Position numbers and translations under genes: made by a program. Below the pieces are notes generated by a model that did not search any database, was not told the origin of the DNA, and was given only the letters and a program-made list of their open reading frames with translations. A stretch of DNA of 26,931 nt, from IMG/VR virus record IMGVR_UViG_3300005856_000091. The stretch is one strand, 5' to 3'. This DNA is from a virus. Of this stretch, positions 24,166-26,931 are shown piece by piece. The number at the start of each line of letters is the position of its first letter. The first letter of the stretch is position 1.

Positions 24166-24753
24166 ATGAGTGACCCATTCATATGCTATGAACTGATTGA
24201 TATTGGTAGAAGGGCTAGGTTTGACAGGGATAGCTTCTCTGAGGTTGTTGACCACCTAGCTAAAGATCTAATGGCTTTGATAGACAAGGCGAGGAAAGAT
24301 AACGCAAGTGCATCGCTAGTTAATAGCATGGCGTTCATACACAGAATATTGTTGCAAATCAAGGAAGTCACAGCTAGCAATCTTGAACAGCTTGCGAAGT
24401 ACATAGATGACCTGATAAAATCAAGTGTATGCAGCTTAGAGAAGAGCGATGTTTGTACAGGAGATGAGCTTGCAAAGTTGATAGCTGAGCTTGGGTATAG
24501 AAGTGGTGCTATAGAGTGCTTCAAGAAGAACATTGTTGCCTGCAGGGATATAACAAACATGTTTATCAATGTTGAGGAGGGTGAGAGAATAGTTGAGGTA
24601 ATATATTATGACCCTATCTATGGCATTAAACGCACTAGTGTGCGGTATAAGAAAGGCAGAGAAAAGATTGGAGGAGCGTTCTACCCAGTTGTGCCAGCAG
24701 TTTATGAGAAGTGCCTAGGTATAAAGGTTGAGGTGGAGGGTGATAATAGATAG
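24166..24753 (+). CDS. Hypothetical protein (195 aa)
   Basis: GGGTGAG RBS, long ORF with typical codon usage. Confidence 0.85.
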   Translation: MSDPFICYELIDIGRRARFDRDSFSEVVDHLAKDLMALIDKARKDNASASLVNSMAFIHRILLQIKEVTASNLEQLAKYIDDLIKSSVCSLEKSDVCTGDELAKLIAELGYRSGAIECFKKNIVACRDITNMFINVEEGERIVEVIYYDPIYGIKRTSVRYKKGREKIGGAFYPVVPAVYEKCLGIKVEVEGDNR

Positions 24754-24769
24754 TTAGGTAGGTAAAGAA

Positions 24770-25075
24770 ATGGGCAAGAGGAAGCTGATACTAATACACC
24801 CAGGTGCGACAGTGAGCGGAATAGAGTGCATATGTTTCGACATTTTCTGCGATCCTAAAGAGCTTCCGCCGAGTCTAAGAGATGAGCTTAAAGGTGCTGG
24901 CTATGAGATGAAGAGCTGTAGATATGTTAAGATGCTTGGCGATGAAGATTACTTCATATCTATGGATCTTTGTCACTTATGGGATGATAACATGGCTATA
25001 CTTCTAATAGTGTTTGACCTTGTAAAGCTGGGGTTCGAAGTTAAGTACATTGATTCTGAGGGTAATATAGTGTAG
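24770..25075 (+). CDS. Hypothetical protein (101 aa)
   Basis: AGGTAGGT RBS-like, typical codon usage. Confidence 0.8.
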   Translation: MGKRKLILIHPGATVSGIECICFDIFCDPKELPPSLRDELKGAGYEMKSCRYVKMLGDEDYFISMDLCHLWDDNMAILLIVFDLVKLGFEVKYIDSEGNIV

Positions 25076-25078
25076 GTA

Positions 25079-25270
25079 GTGGCGAAGTGTATGGTGGTAG
25101 CACCTGAGCTTGGTATTGTATTTCTGATAACCTTTTTTGCAATGATTATTGCTTGGGCTGTGACTGCATCACCCTTGAAAAAGTGTGATGAGTACTGTGA
25201 TGAGGGGTCTAGGAAACTGATTTGCTTGCGTTACAAGCTTTTGGGTTACGTAGATTCATGCAATGGGTGA
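25079..25270 (+). CDS. Small single-TM protein with a Cys-rich C-terminus
   Basis: LGIVFLITFFAMIIAWAV hydrophobic segment; start may be ATG 25091. Confidence 0.6.
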   Translation: MAKCMVVAPELGIVFLITFFAMIIAWAVTASPLKKCDEYCDEGSRKLICLRYKLLGYVDSCNG

Positions 25271-25276
25271 CTGACT

Positions 25277-25531
25277 ATGGGGGCAAGTTGCAAGGTGAAA
25301 GAGTTGCAACTTCAAGTTGCTAACATCTATATTAGGGTGTGTGGAGATGATGCCGAGGTAGGCATATCGCCGCCATGGGACATCGTTGGAAGGCATGAGT
25401 ATATATTTATTGACAAAATTGATAGAGCTGTAGATGGCTTGAAACAGCTTGCAAAGGAAATCCTAATCGTGGTCGAGGAACTCGAAAAAATGGTTGGTAG
25501 AAGAGGTGGTTCAAATGAGCATCAAAGCTGA
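25277..25531 (+). CDS. Hypothetical protein (84 aa)
   Basis: GGGTGA RBS; beta-hairpin plus helix pattern. Confidence 0.75.
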   Translation: MGASCKVKELQLQVANIYIRVCGDDAEVGISPPWDIVGRHEYIFIDKIDRAVDGLKQLAKEILIVVEELEKMVGRRGGSNEHQS

Positions 25532-25599
25532 GAAATTGCTGATGCAATAGAAGAATATGTAAAGCAGCATTCATAGATCATGAAAAAATCAAATATTTT

Positions 25600-25782
25600 T
25601 TACAGATCCAGATATGTTAGCAGGTCTTTTACTATTTCCTCTGCTTTTTTGAGGTCTCCAGACTTAATCGCTAGATAGACTTCTACCAACTTATCCTTTA
25701 CCATTGCTTTAAAGCGAATTTTATCGGCAATTATAATGTCTATGGCTTCTCTGCATGTTTCTGATAGTTTTTCGTTTGTCAT
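25600..25782 (-). CDS. Small helical hypothetical protein (60 aa)
   Basis: GGATGAGGG RBS; last gene of the leftward terminal operon. Confidence 0.75.
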   Translation of the reverse strand: MTNEKLSETCREAIDIIIADKIRFKAMVKDKLVEVYLAIKSGDLKKAEEIVKDLLTYLDL

Positions 25783-25791
25783 TTTAATCCC

Positions 25792-26301
25792 TCATCCCTC
25801 CTCTGGCACCACAAATAGCGTTTTAATTTCATTTTCAGTCGGTACTAGTTGGCAAAACTCTACAAACTCTTTACATGCTAGAGTAGCTGTGAAGAGGTAG
25901 TCTGTCAGCATGTATCTTCTTAAGTTGACAAGCTTTGGAGCTATTTCAAACACAATTGTTTCTATTCTATAGTCTTTCTCTTTATACTTCTGCTTCAATT
26001 CTTTTCGAAGTTTGATTAGGCGGCAAAGATACTTTGCTTTGAAGTAATACAGCTTATTCTTTTGCTCAATCAGCGTATCAACTTCTTGCTCTGATGGAAT
26101 CAGCTCTTCAAACACATTGAACTCTCTAGAAGCTAGATACAGTGTGAATATGTAGTCAGCTAGATCCATAGCTCTTAAGTGTTGAAGCTTTGGAATAAGA
26201 TACAGGTCAATTATCTCAGCTATTCTCTCATCGTCACTATGCTGTTGCTTTAGCTGTGTTAGCTTAGCTATTTGAACAGCTTTGAACTTCTCCAGCTTCA
26301 C
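25792..26301 (-). CDS. Hypothetical protein made of two ~83-aa homologous domains
   Basis: PKLQHLRAMDLADYIFTLYLASREF..LIPSEQEV vs PKLVNLRRYMLTDYLFTATLACKEF..LVPTENEI. Confidence 0.85.
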   Translation of the reverse strand: MKLEKFKAVQIAKLTQLKQQHSDDERIAEIIDLYLIPKLQHLRAMDLADYIFTLYLASREFNVFEELIPSEQEVDTLIEQKNKLYYFKAKYLCRLIKLRKELKQKYKEKDYRIETIVFEIAPKLVNLRRYMLTDYLFTATLACKEFVEFCQLVPTENEIKTLFVVPEEG

Positions 26302-26714
26302 TGCACCCTCACCACAGCCCTGAAGCTAAACTCCTTGCTTTTGTTGCATGAGGGGCTTTCATGGACATACATCACCAGCTCCTTCCCCCTGTACTTCTCC
26401 AAGAACATTTGCATATCCATGATTTTATATTTATGTGCATTCTTATGACTAGAGTTATCAACCCACTCCCCATCGTCAATGTAACTACCATCACTATTCA
26501 ATAATATGCTCTTCCACTCCCTGCATGAACCCCAAGTATCGTGACTATATAGCACAACTTTCTTGACACCATCATATGAAGCAAACAGATATTTCTTTAC
26601 TTGGCTCGGTATTTCTTCAGGCTTTATGTTGTATCTTTTCTCTATCTTTACAATCTCGATAGTTATATCCCCTACTTGAACTTGATTTGATTGGGTTTGG
26701 ACTTGGCTTGACAT
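26298..26714 (-). CDS. Hypothetical protein (138 aa), first gene of the terminal operon
   Basis: GGTGA RBS and a clear TATA promoter upstream. Confidence 0.85.
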   Translation of the reverse strand: MSSQVQTQSNQVQVGDITIEIVKIEKRYNIKPEEIPSQVKKYLFASYDGVKKVVLYSHDTWGSCREWKSILLNSDGSYIDDGEWVDNSSHKNAHKYKIMDMQMFLEKYRGKELVMYVHESPSCNKSKEFSFRAVVRVQ

Positions 26715-26744
26715 GGGTTTTCACCGAATTATATATATGCACTC

Positions 26745-26760
26745 GGGGTTTAAAAGCGTT
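26745..26760 (-). promoter_or_regulatory. Archaeal BRE-TATA promoter
   Basis: Minus strand AACGCTTTTAAACCCC about 30 nt before the ATG at 26714. Confidence 0.7.
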
Positions 26761-26819
26761 TATGGAACTCGTTTAAGGCAGGTGCAACTAGCAAGTGCAA
26801 ATAGGTGAGCGGCTAGCTG

Positions 26820-26931
26820 TTTTGTCTGTTCTGTTTTTTTCGTCTCTTTTTCGTCTCTTTGCATATTTTTAGAGCGTTTTTTTGTTGTGTGTTTCTTGTC
26901 GGCAGCTTTGTTCTTCTCTTAGCAATGCCCC
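26820..26931. repeat. T-rich low-complexity non-coding end with a short tandem repeat
   Basis: TTTTTCGTCTCTTT repeated with period 11 at 26836-26860; strong T/A strand skew; no ORF. Confidence 0.6.

Overview
The whole window reads as most of the genome of a filamentous archaeal dsDNA virus of the SIRV2-fold / A-form-DNA lineage (realm Adnaviria, rudivirus/lipothrixvirus-like). GGTGA/GAGGTG ribosome-binding sites, TTTAAA-type TATA boxes and AGG/ATA-rich codons point to a thermophilic Thermoproteota host (inference). From left to right it holds: the 3' end of an IS200/IS605 tnpB with its right end; two paralogous major capsid protein genes; two GT4-type glycosyltransferases and a SAM methyltransferase; a 1921-aa protein with tape-measure-like and ~115-aa repeats; a 445-aa minor protein whose C-terminus looks like a third capsid-protein fold; a fibre/adhesin cluster with a papain-like protease; membrane proteins; a wHTH / RadA-like ATPase / tandem RHH module; an accessory region where four in-frame TAG codons interrupt otherwise well-formed ORFs; and a terminal minus-strand cluster followed by a T-rich non-coding end. 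No tRNA, rRNA, CRISPR array, integrase or host housekeeping gene was seen. All family assignments come from motifs and remembered sequences, not database searches.
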